A model generated the notes under the pieces. That model had not been told where the DNA came from. It saw only the letters and a program-made list of their open reading frames with translations, and searched no databases. From positions 20,105-84,104 of the IMG/VR virus record IMGVR_UViG_3300042522_000315: 64,000 nt of DNA; one strand, given 5' to 3'. Numbering within the stretch: the first letter of the stretch is position 1; every line of letters begins with the position of its first letter. Of this stretch, positions 9,417 to 18,554 are shown piece by piece. The position numbers were made by a program, and so were the translations under genes. The stretch comes from a virus.

Positions 9417-11594
9417 ATGACAAACACTCTTGCACATACAGTATCTCACGAAGCCCAGAGCCAGCTTGCAAAGCTGCTGGCCATGGAAAACATCACTGTT
9501 CAGCATCAAGCATCTGCAAAGACTGCGATGTTTGATGTTAAGAACCGCGTTCTTATTCTGCCCGTCTGGCGCGAAATGTCTAAGCCTCTCTATGACATGC
9601 TTGTCATTCATGAGGTCGGACATGCTCTCGACACTCCTATGTTTCTTGATGACATTGAAGCTATCTCTAAGAAGCTTAATGCTCGTGTCGCTGTTGTCAA
9701 AGATTTCTTCAACGTTATTGAAGATGCTCGAATTGACAAGCGTCAGAAGCGCCGCTATCCCGGCTCTCGCCGCGACTACATCAAGGGTTATGCTGAACTG
9801 ATCGAAAAAGATTTTTTCGGTACTGCTTCGCGTGACGTTAATTCGATGACTTTCATTGATCGTATCAACATCTACTTCAAGGGTGGTGCGCTCTCTGGTA
9901 TTCGGTTTTCGAATGAAGAGAAGGCTTTCATCTCTCGCATTGAAAATGCTGAGACTGTTGAAGAAGTCTACACTCTTGTTGAAGATGTATATAACTTCAG
10001 CAAAACTTCTCAGTCTGAAAATCAGGAAGAACCTGGTGATGCTGATGCTGATGTTGAAATTGAAATTGACTTTGACGAAGATTTCGAAGGTAATTTCAGC
10101 AGCGGTTCTGATACTGATGAAGATGAAGAAGCTTATTCTTCGAATGGTGCTTCTGATGAAGAAGCTGATGATGATGAAGATTCCGATGAGGATGCATCTC
10201 CAGATGCATTCGGTGACACTGATGGTGACATTAATGCTGGCTCTTCGAAAGAGAGCTACGTTGATGAAGTCGAATCTCCTGAGACTGAAAAAGCTTGGCA
10301 GAAGAAGCAGGAAGAACTTCTTGCAAATTCTAATATCAACTACGTTTATGTGACTATTCCTCGTCCGAGCAATATCAATGACATTGTTGATGACTACAAG
10401 ATTGTTCACAAGCAGATGAGTTCATCTCTTGCTGCTTGTGCAGGTTCTGCTTGGTTGATGTCAGTGCGTGAAGAACTGAATGCTTTCCGTGTTTCTGAAA
10501 ATGCGACCATCTCTTACATGGTCAAAGAATTTGAAATGCGTAAGTCTGCCGATGAATATCGCCGCACTGCTACTGGTAAGACTGGTGCCATTGATATGAA
10601 CAAGCTTCACTCTTACAAGTATAACGACGATCTCTTCCGCCGTATCACCACTGTATCAGAAGGTAAAAATCACGGCTTCGTGATGTTTGTTGATTGGTCT
10701 GGTTCTATGGAACATCATCTTAAGAATACTTTGAAGCAGATGTTCTCACTGGTTTGGTTCTGCAAGCGAGTGCAGATTCCTTTTGAAGTCTACTCGTTCC
10801 GTTCGATCAATCAGTCTGATAACTTCAATAAGAACTTTTGTGTATACAAAAAGACCGATCTTGACTTGCGTCCGTTCAAGCTTCGCAACATTCTTTCTTC
10901 TCGGATGAATTCTGCTGAAATGAACACCGCGTTTTTCAATCTCTGGTCTTTCGCTTGTGGTGCTCATATTCGTACCGATTCATTGGGTTCTACTCCTTTG
11001 AATGATGCGATTATGGTTGCTGATCTTGTAGTGAATGCTTTCAAGAACCGCACCAAAGTTCAGGTTGTTAATACGGTCTTTCTTACTGATGGTGAGTCCG
11101 ATGGTTGTTCTTTGCATAATCAACCTCATTTCAGCCCCAAGACTAGCAAGTTCATTCTTCAAGATGAAATTACCAAGAAAGATTTCAATCTTGGTTCATC
11201 TTATGGTGGTAGTTTTTATTCAACGAAAGAAACCACTGCTACATTGCTTCGTGTACTGAAAGAACGTACCAACTGCAATCTGATTGGCTTCTATGTCTAT
11301 GGTGAAGGTTTCCGTACTATGATGCACAGCTTCTACGGCTACAACTATGATGACAAGTTTGCCAAAGAAGCGAAGAAGAGTTTTGAAGAACTTGGTTTTG
11401 TCACAGTCACGAATTCCGGCTACGATGAATACTACATTCTTCGTGCTGGTAGCTTGAACATCAAGACCAACAATCTGGTCATTGACAAGGGCATGAGCAA
11501 GGCGAAGATTGCCAAAGCTTTTCTGTCTTTCGCAGAAAAGAAGTCGGTAAATCGTGTTCTTCTTCAGCGGTTCATCAAGAAAATCGCTGCTTGA
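9417..11594 (+). CDS. CobT-like protein: HExxH peptidase-like domain, acidic linker, VWA domain
   Basis: HEVGH, D/E-rich linker, DWSGSM MIDAS motif, TPL, FLTDGE. Confidence 0.85.
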   Translation: MTNTLAHTVSHEAQSQLAKLLAMENITVQHQASAKTAMFDVKNRVLILPVWREMSKPLYDMLVIHEVGHALDTPMFLDDIEAISKKLNARVAVVKDFFNVIEDARIDKRQKRRYPGSRRDYIKGYAELIEKDFFGTASRDVNSMTFIDRINIYFKGGALSGIRFSNEEKAFISRIENAETVEEVYTLVEDVYNFSKTSQSENQEEPGDADADVEIEIDFDEDFEGNFSSGSDTDEDEEAYSSNGASDEEADDDEDSDEDASPDAFGDTDGDINAGSSKESYVDEVESPETEKAWQKKQEELLANSNINYVYVTIPRPSNINDIVDDYKIVHKQMSSSLAACAGSAWLMSVREELNAFRVSENATISYMVKEFEMRKSADEYRRTATGKTGAIDMNKLHSYKYNDDLFRRITTVSEGKNHGFVMFVDWSGSMEHHLKNTLKQMFSLVWFCKRVQIPFEVYSFRSINQSDNFNKNFCVYKKTDLDLRPFKLRNILSSRMNSAEMNTAFFNLWSFACGAHIRTDSLGSTPLNDAIMVADLVVNAFKNRTKVQVVNTVFLTDGESDGCSLHNQPHFSPKTSKFILQDEITKKDFNLGSSYGGSFYSTKETTATLLRVLKERTNCNLIGFYVYGEGFRTMMHSFYGYNYDDKFAKEAKKSFEELGFVTVTNSGYDEYYILRAGSLNIKTNNLVIDKGMSKAKIAKAFLSFAEKKSVNRVLLQRFIKKIAA

Positions 11595-11649
11595 CATTAA
11601 CCCCTACTTCCTGTATTATCTCTTTGTAACTGAGAAAGGAACATCTCTT

Positions 11650-12831
11650 ATGTCTCGTACTTCTGATCGTAGTGCTTTTCTGAATGCAGTCGAAACGATG
11701 TTTGGTGAACTTAACACAATCACTCGCGCACAGATTGTAGAAGTCTGTGAGAAGAATGATATAAAGTGGCCCGGTTGGCTCGTTTGCGACAAGTCTCTCC
11801 GCGTTGACCGTGGTGTCTACTCTCTGTCTGGTGCAGTTTCGTCCAAACCTGCTGACGCTGTTGGAAAGTCTTCTTCCATTCCTGTTGTGTCCAATGTTGA
11901 AGAGATGACTATCGCTAATCTTCACTCTACAACTGCAAACATCAATCTTGTGCCGGCGAAGGCGACTGGTTACGTTCCGTTTGGTCACTTCAATGACATT
12001 CGTTCGATCATTCGCTCTAAGCGGTTCTATCCGACTTATGTGACTGGTCTTTCTGGCAACGGTAAGACGATGATGATTGAACAGATTTGCGCCAATGAAG
12101 GTCGTGAATTGGTTCGCGCCAATATCACGAAAGAGACCGATGAAGATGATCTGATCGGTGGTTTCCGTCTTCTTGAAGGTAAGACTGTCTGGCAGAATGG
12201 TCCGGTTCTTGTTGCGATGGAACGTGGCTCTGTTCTTCTTCTTGATGAAGTCGATCTTGGTGATGCGAAACTTATGTGTCTTCAGCCGATCCTTGAAGGT
12301 AAGTCTGTCTACGTCAAGAAGATCAACAAGGTCGTGTTTCCTGCTGTTGGCTTCACGATTGTCGCCACTGCGAACACGAAGGGTAAGGGTTCTGATGATG
12401 GTCGCTTCATCGGTACCAACGTGATGAACGAAGCTTTTCTTGAGCGTTTCTCTATCACGTTTGAGCAAGAGTATCCCGCTCTCAAGGTCGAACAGAAGAT
12501 CATCAACAATGTCTTCGCTGAGAATGGTATTGAAGCCAAAGATTTTGCTGACAAGTTGGTGCAGTGGGCTGATGTAATTCGCAAGAGCTTCTACGAAGGC
12601 GCTGTGTCTGATATCATCTCTACTCGCCGTCTGGTTCATATCGCTCAAGCTTACACCATCTTCGGTCAAGATCGTGAGAAGTCAATCAAGTTGTGTCTGA
12701 ACCGCTTCGACATTGATACCAAGAACTCGTTTCTTGATCTTTACATGAAGCTTGATGACACTCTTGCTCCCAAGACTGAAGCGGCAGAAAAAGAAGCTGA
12801 AAAGCTCGCCGATCAAGAAATTGCTTTCTAA
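11650..12831 (+). CDS. cobS: CobS-like MoxR AAA+ ATPase
   Basis: GLSGNGKT, LLLDE, ATANT.G.G, NEAFLERF, ISTRRL; SD AAAGGA; upstream TTGACA...TATTAT. Confidence 0.9.
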   Translation: MSRTSDRSAFLNAVETMFGELNTITRAQIVEVCEKNDIKWPGWLVCDKSLRVDRGVYSLSGAVSSKPADAVGKSSSIPVVSNVEEMTIANLHSTTANINLVPAKATGYVPFGHFNDIRSIIRSKRFYPTYVTGLSGNGKTMMIEQICANEGRELVRANITKETDEDDLIGGFRLLEGKTVWQNGPVLVAMERGSVLLLDEVDLGDAKLMCLQPILEGKSVYVKKINKVVFPAVGFTIVATANTKGKGSDDGRFIGTNVMNEAFLERFSITFEQEYPALKVEQKIINNVFAENGIEAKDFADKLVQWADVIRKSFYEGAVSDIISTRRLVHIAQAYTIFGQDREKSIKLCLNRFDIDTKNSFLDLYMKLDDTLAPKTEAAEKEAEKLADQEIAF

Positions 12832-12840
12832 GTTCTAAAA

Positions 12841-12894
12841 ACTGGTGAGACGTAATGCTACCGCGTCTCACCAGTCTAATATCACGGTAGCGTT
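12841..12894 (+). promoter_or_regulatory. Predicted H-type RNA pseudoknot upstream of an RBS
   Basis: 12-bp stem 12841-52/12864-75; loop AATGCTACCG is complementary to CGGTAGCGTT at 12885-94. Confidence 0.55.
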
Positions 12895-12912
12895 TATTAT
12901 GGAGAAAATTGA

Positions 12913-13125
12913 ATGTCTCAGATTTCTAAGGTTGCTAAGTATCTTCTTACCAATGCCAAGCGCAATGGTCTTACTGCTTCAATGATTGCTCGTGGTACTG
13001 GTGTTCCTCGTACCAACGTCATGAAGCGCATTCATGATCTTCGTGTTAACGAAGGTTTTGATATCGTGGCTGACCGCCGTCAGGTCAATGGTAAGAGCAA
13101 GGTTTATTATCGCTTCGCAGCCTAA
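12913..13125 (+). CDS. Small winged-HTH DNA-binding protein
   Basis: LTASMIARGTGVPRTNVMKRIHDLR..G wHTH pattern; SD GGAG. Confidence 0.65.
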   Translation: MSQISKVAKYLLTNAKRNGLTASMIARGTGVPRTNVMKRIHDLRVNEGFDIVADRRQVNGKSKVYYRFAA

Positions 13126-13143
13126 TAATATGTGAAGTCTATC

Positions 13144-13174
13144 AAAGGGACGCTATATACTAGCGTCCCTTTTT
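13144..13174 (+). terminator. Hairpin with T-tract and a TATACT hexamer across its loop
   Basis: AAAGGGACGCTA-TATAC-TAGCGTCCCTTTTT. Confidence 0.65.
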
Positions 13175-13190
13175 ACTATGGAGTTTTCTT

Positions 13191-14084
13191 ATGGAATTGA
13201 CTATTAAGCTTGAAGATTTGAGAAAGGCAAAGTTGTTTGTTGCCACACCAATGTATGGTGGACAGAACAACGGACTCTACATGAAGGCTTGTCTTGACTT
13301 ACAGGGCATCTGTATGCAGAACGGCATTGAGATCCGCTTCTCTTTTCTGTTCAATGAATCCCTGATCACCCGCGCTCGAAACTACCTTGTAGATGAATTC
13401 TTGCGTTCTGGGTACACTCATCTACTTTTTATCGACTCTGACATTCACTTCGATCCGCAAGATATTCTTGCTCTGATTGCACTGAATAAGGACATAATTG
13501 GAGCGCCGTACCCTAAGAAGTCTATCAACTGGAAGAACATAGCAGCGGCTATGGTAAAAGACCCCACCGTTGCTCCTGGTGTCTTGGACATGCTGGTAGG
13601 TGACTATGTGTTCAATCCCGTGCCTGGCACCAAGCAGTTCAGAGTTACAGAGCCTCTTGAGGTCATGGAGATTGGTACTGGCTTCATGATGGTGAAGAGA
13701 GAAGTCTTTGATAAGTTCAAGGATGCTTATCCAAAGCAGAACTACAAGCCAGACCACGTTGGACAGGCAAACTTTGACGGTTCTAGGTACATTCATGCGT
13801 ACTTTGATACTGTGATCGACAACGGCTACACCTACGATGATCTATATGCACTCATTGTCAGGTCTTCTGCTGGAGAAAATGTATCAGAAGACGCCAAGAA
13901 GATGATTGAGATTGAAAAGACCGCTTCACACCGCTATCTATCAGAAGATTATATGTTCTGTCAGTATGCAAGACGAATTGGACTTCAGGTCTGGTTGTGT
14001 CCTTGGATGAAGACGCAGCACATCGGTACGTTTGCTTTCACTGGTAACATGCAGGCAATTGCTCAACATACAGGAAACCTCTAA
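13191..14084 (+). CDS. GT-A fold glycosyltransferase-like protein
   Basis: ATPMYGG, ESLITRARN, FIDSD (DxD), GTGFM, LSEDY.FC. Confidence 0.7.
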   Translation: MELTIKLEDLRKAKLFVATPMYGGQNNGLYMKACLDLQGICMQNGIEIRFSFLFNESLITRARNYLVDEFLRSGYTHLLFIDSDIHFDPQDILALIALNKDIIGAPYPKKSINWKNIAAAMVKDPTVAPGVLDMLVGDYVFNPVPGTKQFRVTEPLEVMEIGTGFMMVKREVFDKFKDAYPKQNYKPDHVGQANFDGSRYIHAYFDTVIDNGYTYDDLYALIVRSSAGENVSEDAKKMIEIEKTASHRYLSEDYMFCQYARRIGLQVWLCPWMKTQHIGTFAFTGNMQAIAQHTGNL

Positions 14085-14725
14085 TGATTATTGGTGTAGT
14101 TGGATTTATTGGTTCAGGTAAGGGTACTGTTGCAGATGTACTTGTGAACAAATATTCTTTTCACAAGCTCTCTTTTGCTGACACTGTAAAGGATGCTACA
14201 GCGGCCATCTTCGGATGGCCGCGTGGTCTTCTAGAAGGTGATACAGATGAAAGTCGTGCATGGCGAGAAATTCCAGATGAATGGTGGTCAAAGAGATTTG
14301 GTTACAACATTTCTCCTCGTCTTGCTCTACAGATGATGGGCACTGAAGCAGGTCGTGATGTCTTCCATAAAGACTTGTGGGTCTATTCACTTGAACGTAA
14401 GATGGAACTATATCCTAATGTAGTTATTGCTGACGTTCGTTTTCCAAACGAAATCAAGTTCATTCAAGATAAGGGTGGCTTTGTAATTCGTGTGAAGCGC
14501 GGCCTTGACCCTGAGTGGTATGATGTTGCTTATCATGCCAACAAAGAAGGTAATACTGATCTGATGATTGATTATCCAATTCACTATTCTGAGTGGGCAT
14601 GGATTGGTTCAATCATGGATCATGAACTGCATAACACAGGAACTGTTTCCATGCTTGAAGGTGATGTGGCTCACATGCTAAAAGTCTTTACAGGTCCACG
14701 AAATCCTGCTAACATTGCAGCTTAA
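14084..14725 (+). CDS. Deoxynucleoside monophosphate kinase (gp1-like)
   Basis: GFIGSGKGT P-loop, SFAD, PR..LQ..GTE, DVRFPNE, H.SE. Confidence 0.9.
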   Translation: MIIGVVGFIGSGKGTVADVLVNKYSFHKLSFADTVKDATAAIFGWPRGLLEGDTDESRAWREIPDEWWSKRFGYNISPRLALQMMGTEAGRDVFHKDLWVYSLERKMELYPNVVIADVRFPNEIKFIQDKGGFVIRVKRGLDPEWYDVAYHANKEGNTDLMIDYPIHYSEWAWIGSIMDHELHNTGTVSMLEGDVAHMLKVFTGPRNPANIAA

Positions 14726-14742
14726 CTATAAGGAGTTATATT

Positions 14743-15408
14743 ATGAAGTTTAGTGAAGACACTCTTGTTGTTCTAAAGAATTTTGCTTCAATCAATTCAG
14801 GTCTTGTCCTCAATAAAGGAAATGTACAGAGAACGATTTCTTCTGAGAAGTCGGTTCTTGCTGAAGCAACTTTTGAAGAATCTATTCCGTTTCAGCTTGG
14901 CATCTATGATTTCAACCAGTTCTTAGGTAACGTCTCAGCACTGGGTGATGCCGAACTGACTTTTTATGATAATCGAATTGTGATGAGTGACGGTGAAATC
15001 GAATTGAATTATTACTCATCGCCGACTAGCAACATCATCAGTCCGCCAGATAAGGAACTGAAGATGAAGAAGGTTGATGCTTCGTTCGTATTGACCAATA
15101 ATGTTTTACAGAAGTTTCTTCGTCTTGCTGCAATGAATAATTTCAGCAACATCTCTTTGATTGGTAAAGATGGTGAAATCAGACTGCACACACATATCAA
15201 GAATGTTGATACATCAAACTATGCGTCAATCAAGTTGAATGATTATAACGGTGAAGATTTCGCTGCCACATTCAAGGTTGAGAACATCAAGCTTCTTCCT
15301 GCTGATTATGATGTAGAGATTGAGTTTGGTGCGTTTGCAAAGTTCACTTGCAGAAGTGGCATCTTTAAGGACAAGATCAGGTATTTCATCGCATTGGAGG
15401 CAAAGTAA
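14743..15408 (+). CDS. 45: Sliding clamp gp45
   Basis: MKFSEDTL.VLKNFASINSG...GIYD..QFL...YFIALE. Confidence 0.9.
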   Translation: MKFSEDTLVVLKNFASINSGLVLNKGNVQRTISSEKSVLAEATFEESIPFQLGIYDFNQFLGNVSALGDAELTFYDNRIVMSDGEIELNYYSSPTSNIISPPDKELKMKKVDASFVLTNNVLQKFLRLAAMNNFSNISLIGKDGEIRLHTHIKNVDTSNYASIKLNDYNGEDFAATFKVENIKLLPADYDVEIEFGAFAKFTCRSGIFKDKIRYFIALEAK

Positions 15409-15695
15409 TGAGCGGTATTGGACACAATCAGCAGAACTATGTTAGCATTTCATCTCTCACGAATGAACAGAAGGATCGCCTTCGCAATTCAATCCGTGAA
15501 TTGAATGATAGTATGACACGGATTGCATCTGAGAGAGATTTCCAGAAGACAGCTATTGATGATGTCTCTGAAAAGACTGGTGTTGATAAGAAGACTATTC
15601 GTCGCATGGCTAAGGTCTACTTCAAGGCAAACTATGCACAAGAGCAAGAAGATCAGCGCCGCTTCGAAGAGTTCTATGATGGAGTCATGAAGTAA
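15408..15695 (+). CDS. DsbA/GapR-like small DNA-binding protein
   Basis: GIGHN N-terminus, coiled coil, KK.IRRMAKVY. Confidence 0.55.
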   Translation: MSGIGHNQQNYVSISSLTNEQKDRLRNSIRELNDSMTRIASERDFQKTAIDDVSEKTGVDKKTIRRMAKVYFKANYAQEQEDQRRFEEFYDGVMK

Positions 15696-16180
15696 TGCCA
15701 ACTGACTTGTATGGTGACACATACATGAGTTACCGAGATGTGGCCAGGAAACTGGTCACACTTGGTATCAGAAAGCCATTTTATCAGATGCATATTGATG
15801 CTGATAACATCATCTCATACAGCGTTGCTGGTAATAATCAAAAAGTATCTTTGAACCACGCTGGAATTTATGTGATCTACAGAAAGCTTGATAACAAGCT
15901 AGAAGCACTGTACACTGGACATTCAAACAACAGCATTGCCCAGCGCATCTATAGATTTATCAAAGAACTTCAAGATAGATCACGAGATGATGAAGATCAC
16001 TATGCAGCAAAGAAAGCGAGACAACATGGTGTGAAATCGACCGACACTTTCATGATTAAAGTTTTACACAGAGATGAAATTCCAACATTTGAGAATTTCA
16101 AATATGATATGAATAGAGTTGATGAGTGTGTCGCAGCATTGCTAAAAACACGCTATAATGAAAGATTGATCTATGACTGA
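15695..16180 (+). CDS. GIY-YIG-like nuclease
   Basis: GIYVIY...LYTGHS....RI. Confidence 0.5.
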   Translation: MPTDLYGDTYMSYRDVARKLVTLGIRKPFYQMHIDADNIISYSVAGNNQKVSLNHAGIYVIYRKLDNKLEALYTGHSNNSIAQRIYRFIKELQDRSRDDEDHYAAKKARQHGVKSTDTFMIKVLHRDEIPTFENFKYDMNRVDECVAALLKTRYNERLIYD

Positions 16181-16430
16181 AGAAGAGAAAAGAAAACAGA
16201 CTGTAGAACGTATGGCTGAACTCATGGTGCCAATTGACAATGCAATCATGATGAGCGATAATGTTCTAGATGTCCTAATGCTTGCATCAAACATGCTAGT
16301 GACCGCCAAAGAAATCTACATTCAAAATATTGGTGGTGCTGGTGCCAAAGAACTCTTTCAGAACATGACGGATAAAATTGATGAACGAATCCTTCCTATG
16401 GGTCGAAAAGTATCGCCCTCAAAAGATTAA
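16173..16430 (+). CDS. Hypothetical protein
   Basis: Co-directional ORF before gp44. Confidence 0.5.
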   Translation: MTEEEKRKQTVERMAELMVPIDNAIMMSDNVLDVLMLASNMLVTAKEIYIQNIGGAGAKELFQNMTDKIDERILPMGRKVSPSKD

Positions 16431-17319
16431 TGACTGTATTCTTCCTGAGAGATTGAAGAACGTCTTTCAAGAATTTGTGAACAAGAAAGAGATACCAAAT
16501 CTCATGCTGACTGGTTCTGCTGGTGTCGGTAAGACAACAGTAGCCAGAGCAATGTGTGATGAAATTGGTATCAACCATCTGTACATTAACGCATCAGAAA
16601 GTCGTGGTATTGATATGCTACGAACAACTATTCGTGGCTATGCATCTACGATATCTCTCACTTCAGGTAAGAAGGTCATCATACTAGATGAAGCCGACTA
16701 TCTGACTGGTGAGGCACAAGCCGCAATGCGCGGCACCATCGAAGAGTTTTCCAATAACTGTACGTTCATTTTAACATGCAACTACAAAGCAAAGCTGATT
16801 GATGCTATTCACTCGCGTTGCTCTGTCATTGAATTTGCTCTTAAGAATGAAGAGAAGAAAGAAATGGCGTCTCAACTATTCAAGAGACTTCAATTCATTC
16901 TTACCGAAGAAGGTGTGACATATGATAAGACAGTTCTTGTTAAGATTATCGAAAAGTATTTCCCTGACTATCGCCGTACTCTTAATGAATTACAGCGTTA
17001 TAGTTCTTCTGGTTCTCTTGATGCTGGGATTGTTGCTCAACTGTCCGATGTTCGTAAGATTGGTGAACTGGTTAAATACCTAAAAGAAAAGAACTTCGGT
17101 GAAATGCGAAAGTGGGTTGTCATGAACTCTGACATTGATCCAGCAAGAGTGTTTCGTAAAATCTACGATAGCTTGTCAGAAAGCATCAAGCCTGAGTTCA
17201 TACCTCAAGCTGTCATCGTCATTGCCAAGTATCAGTATCAGTCGGCTTTCGTTGCAGATCAAGAGATCAATCTTGTTGCATGTCTGACTGAGATGATGGT
17301 AGAATGTGAATATGTTTGA
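16381..17319 (+). CDS. 44: Clamp loader large subunit gp44
   Basis: WVEKYRP, GSAGVGKTT, LDEAD, SRC. Confidence 0.95.
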   Translation: MNESFLWVEKYRPQKINDCILPERLKNVFQEFVNKKEIPNLMLTGSAGVGKTTVARAMCDEIGINHLYINASESRGIDMLRTTIRGYASTISLTSGKKVIILDEADYLTGEAQAAMRGTIEEFSNNCTFILTCNYKAKLIDAIHSRCSVIEFALKNEEKKEMASQLFKRLQFILTEEGVTYDKTVLVKIIEKYFPDYRRTLNELQRYSSSGSLDAGIVAQLSDVRKIGELVKYLKEKNFGEMRKWVVMNSDIDPARVFRKIYDSLSESIKPEFIPQAVIVIAKYQYQSAFVADQEINLVACLTEMMVECEYV

Positions 17320-17770
17320 CAGCGATAGTCTACAGGCAAAGCTAGGTCGCGCTGGTGAGACAATAGTCCTCAACTACTTCAGTCGAAAGGGTGTTGTAGT
17401 TGAGGCATCTATTGATCAGTATGACAGTCAGAAAGACATGATTGTAAAGAACAAGAAGATTGAGGTCAAAACTCAGGTGCCCTTTGTCAGCAAGGATTCA
17501 TTTTCGTTCAAGCAAAACCAGCTTAAGAAGTGTCTCAATGCTGACTGGGTATTCTTTGTTTCAATACCAACAAAAAAGAGAGAGCATTTCAGCACTGGTA
17601 AAGTCTATGCCATTGAGTCAAAGAAGATGCAGTATAGTGGCTATCAGACGAAAGATGGTAGAGATATGATACTCATACCTATCAAGCAAGAAAGCATGAA
17701 AGAACTCTTTTCTATGACTGAAGAAGAGTGTAAGATACTTCAAAGATACTCAGTTTCGGAGTGGAATTAA
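17306..17770 (+). CDS. PD-(D/E)XK nuclease-like protein between gp44 and gp62
   Basis: G..GE helix; D...IEVKT motif. Confidence 0.55.
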   Translation: MNMFDSDSLQAKLGRAGETIVLNYFSRKGVVVEASIDQYDSQKDMIVKNKKIEVKTQVPFVSKDSFSFKQNQLKKCLNADWVFFVSIPTKKREHFSTGKVYAIESKKMQYSGYQTKDGRDMILIPIKQESMKELFSMTEEECKILQRYSVSEWN

Positions 17771-18189
17771 TGACTGATCTATTCAAAGAAGTTGTGCCTG
17801 CAATACTGCAAACAAAGAAGAACGTCATAACGGTTGATAATGAAAAAGAATACAATCCATTCATTATCAACCGTGCTTTGTCATATCATTATGACTGCAT
17901 TCTGTTCTCAAATGAGATGAACAAGATGCCAAATACAGATAAGCTTCTTCAATTTCACTATCTGCTAAATACTATCAGGTCATATAAAAGACCTTTTCAG
18001 AAATGGCATAAAAAAGATAGTGCTGATGACATAGAAGTTATCAAAGAGTACTACCAGTACTCTGATGAAAAGGCAAAGGAAGCTATGAAAATTCTTTCAA
18101 ATGACCAGATAAATGAGATAAGAAAAAGAATAGATAAAGGTGGTTTGAATGATAAATCTAAGCGAACTCGTGGAGGTAACGCTAAATGA
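17770..18189 (+). CDS. 62: Clamp loader small subunit gp62
   Basis: Y.PFIINRALS...NEMN...IKEYYQYS..KA...KGG. Confidence 0.9.
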   Translation: MTDLFKEVVPAILQTKKNVITVDNEKEYNPFIINRALSYHYDCILFSNEMNKMPNTDKLLQFHYLLNTIRSYKRPFQKWHKKDSADDIEVIKEYYQYSDEKAKEAMKILSNDQINEIRKRIDKGGLNDKSKRTRGGNAK

Positions 18190-18553
18190 ACCAGATGACT
18201 TCTTAAAGATTAAAGAAACGCTTTCGCGCATCGGTGTAGCCTCAAAAAAAGAAAAGACACTATATCAATCCTGTCATATTCTCCACAAGCAGGGTAAGTA
18301 CTACATAGTACACTTCAAACAGCTATTCATATTGGATGGTAAACAATCAGACTTTTCGGATGAAGATCGTGGTCGATTGAATACGATTGCTAATCTGCTT
18401 CATGAATGGAATCTAGCAAATCTTGTAGATGAAGAAAAGTCCAAAGATCCTGTCTCACCGCTAAGTCAAATCAAGATCATTTCACATAAAGAAAAGTCCG
18501 AGTGGAATCTTGTAGCTAAATATAATATAGGCAAGAAACGCAAGGAAGAATAG
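18149..18553 (+). CDS. regA: RegA translational repressor
   Basis: PDDFLKIKETLSRIG, LYQSCHILHKQGKYYIVHFK. Confidence 0.95.
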   Translation: MINLSELVEVTLNEPDDFLKIKETLSRIGVASKKEKTLYQSCHILHKQGKYYIVHFKQLFILDGKQSDFSDEDRGRLNTIANLLHEWNLANLVDEEKSKDPVSPLSQIKIISHKEKSEWNLVAKYNIGKKRKEE

Positions 18554-18554
18554 T

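Noticed and set aside
10020-10290. GAT/GAA-rich repeat-like tract
   Set aside because: Encodes the acidic linker of the CobT-like protein; not a DNA repeat element
9249-12669. Long antisense ORFs (386 aa and 364 aa)
   Set aside because: Shadows of the codon bias in the CobT/CobS-like genes; no motifs or RBS
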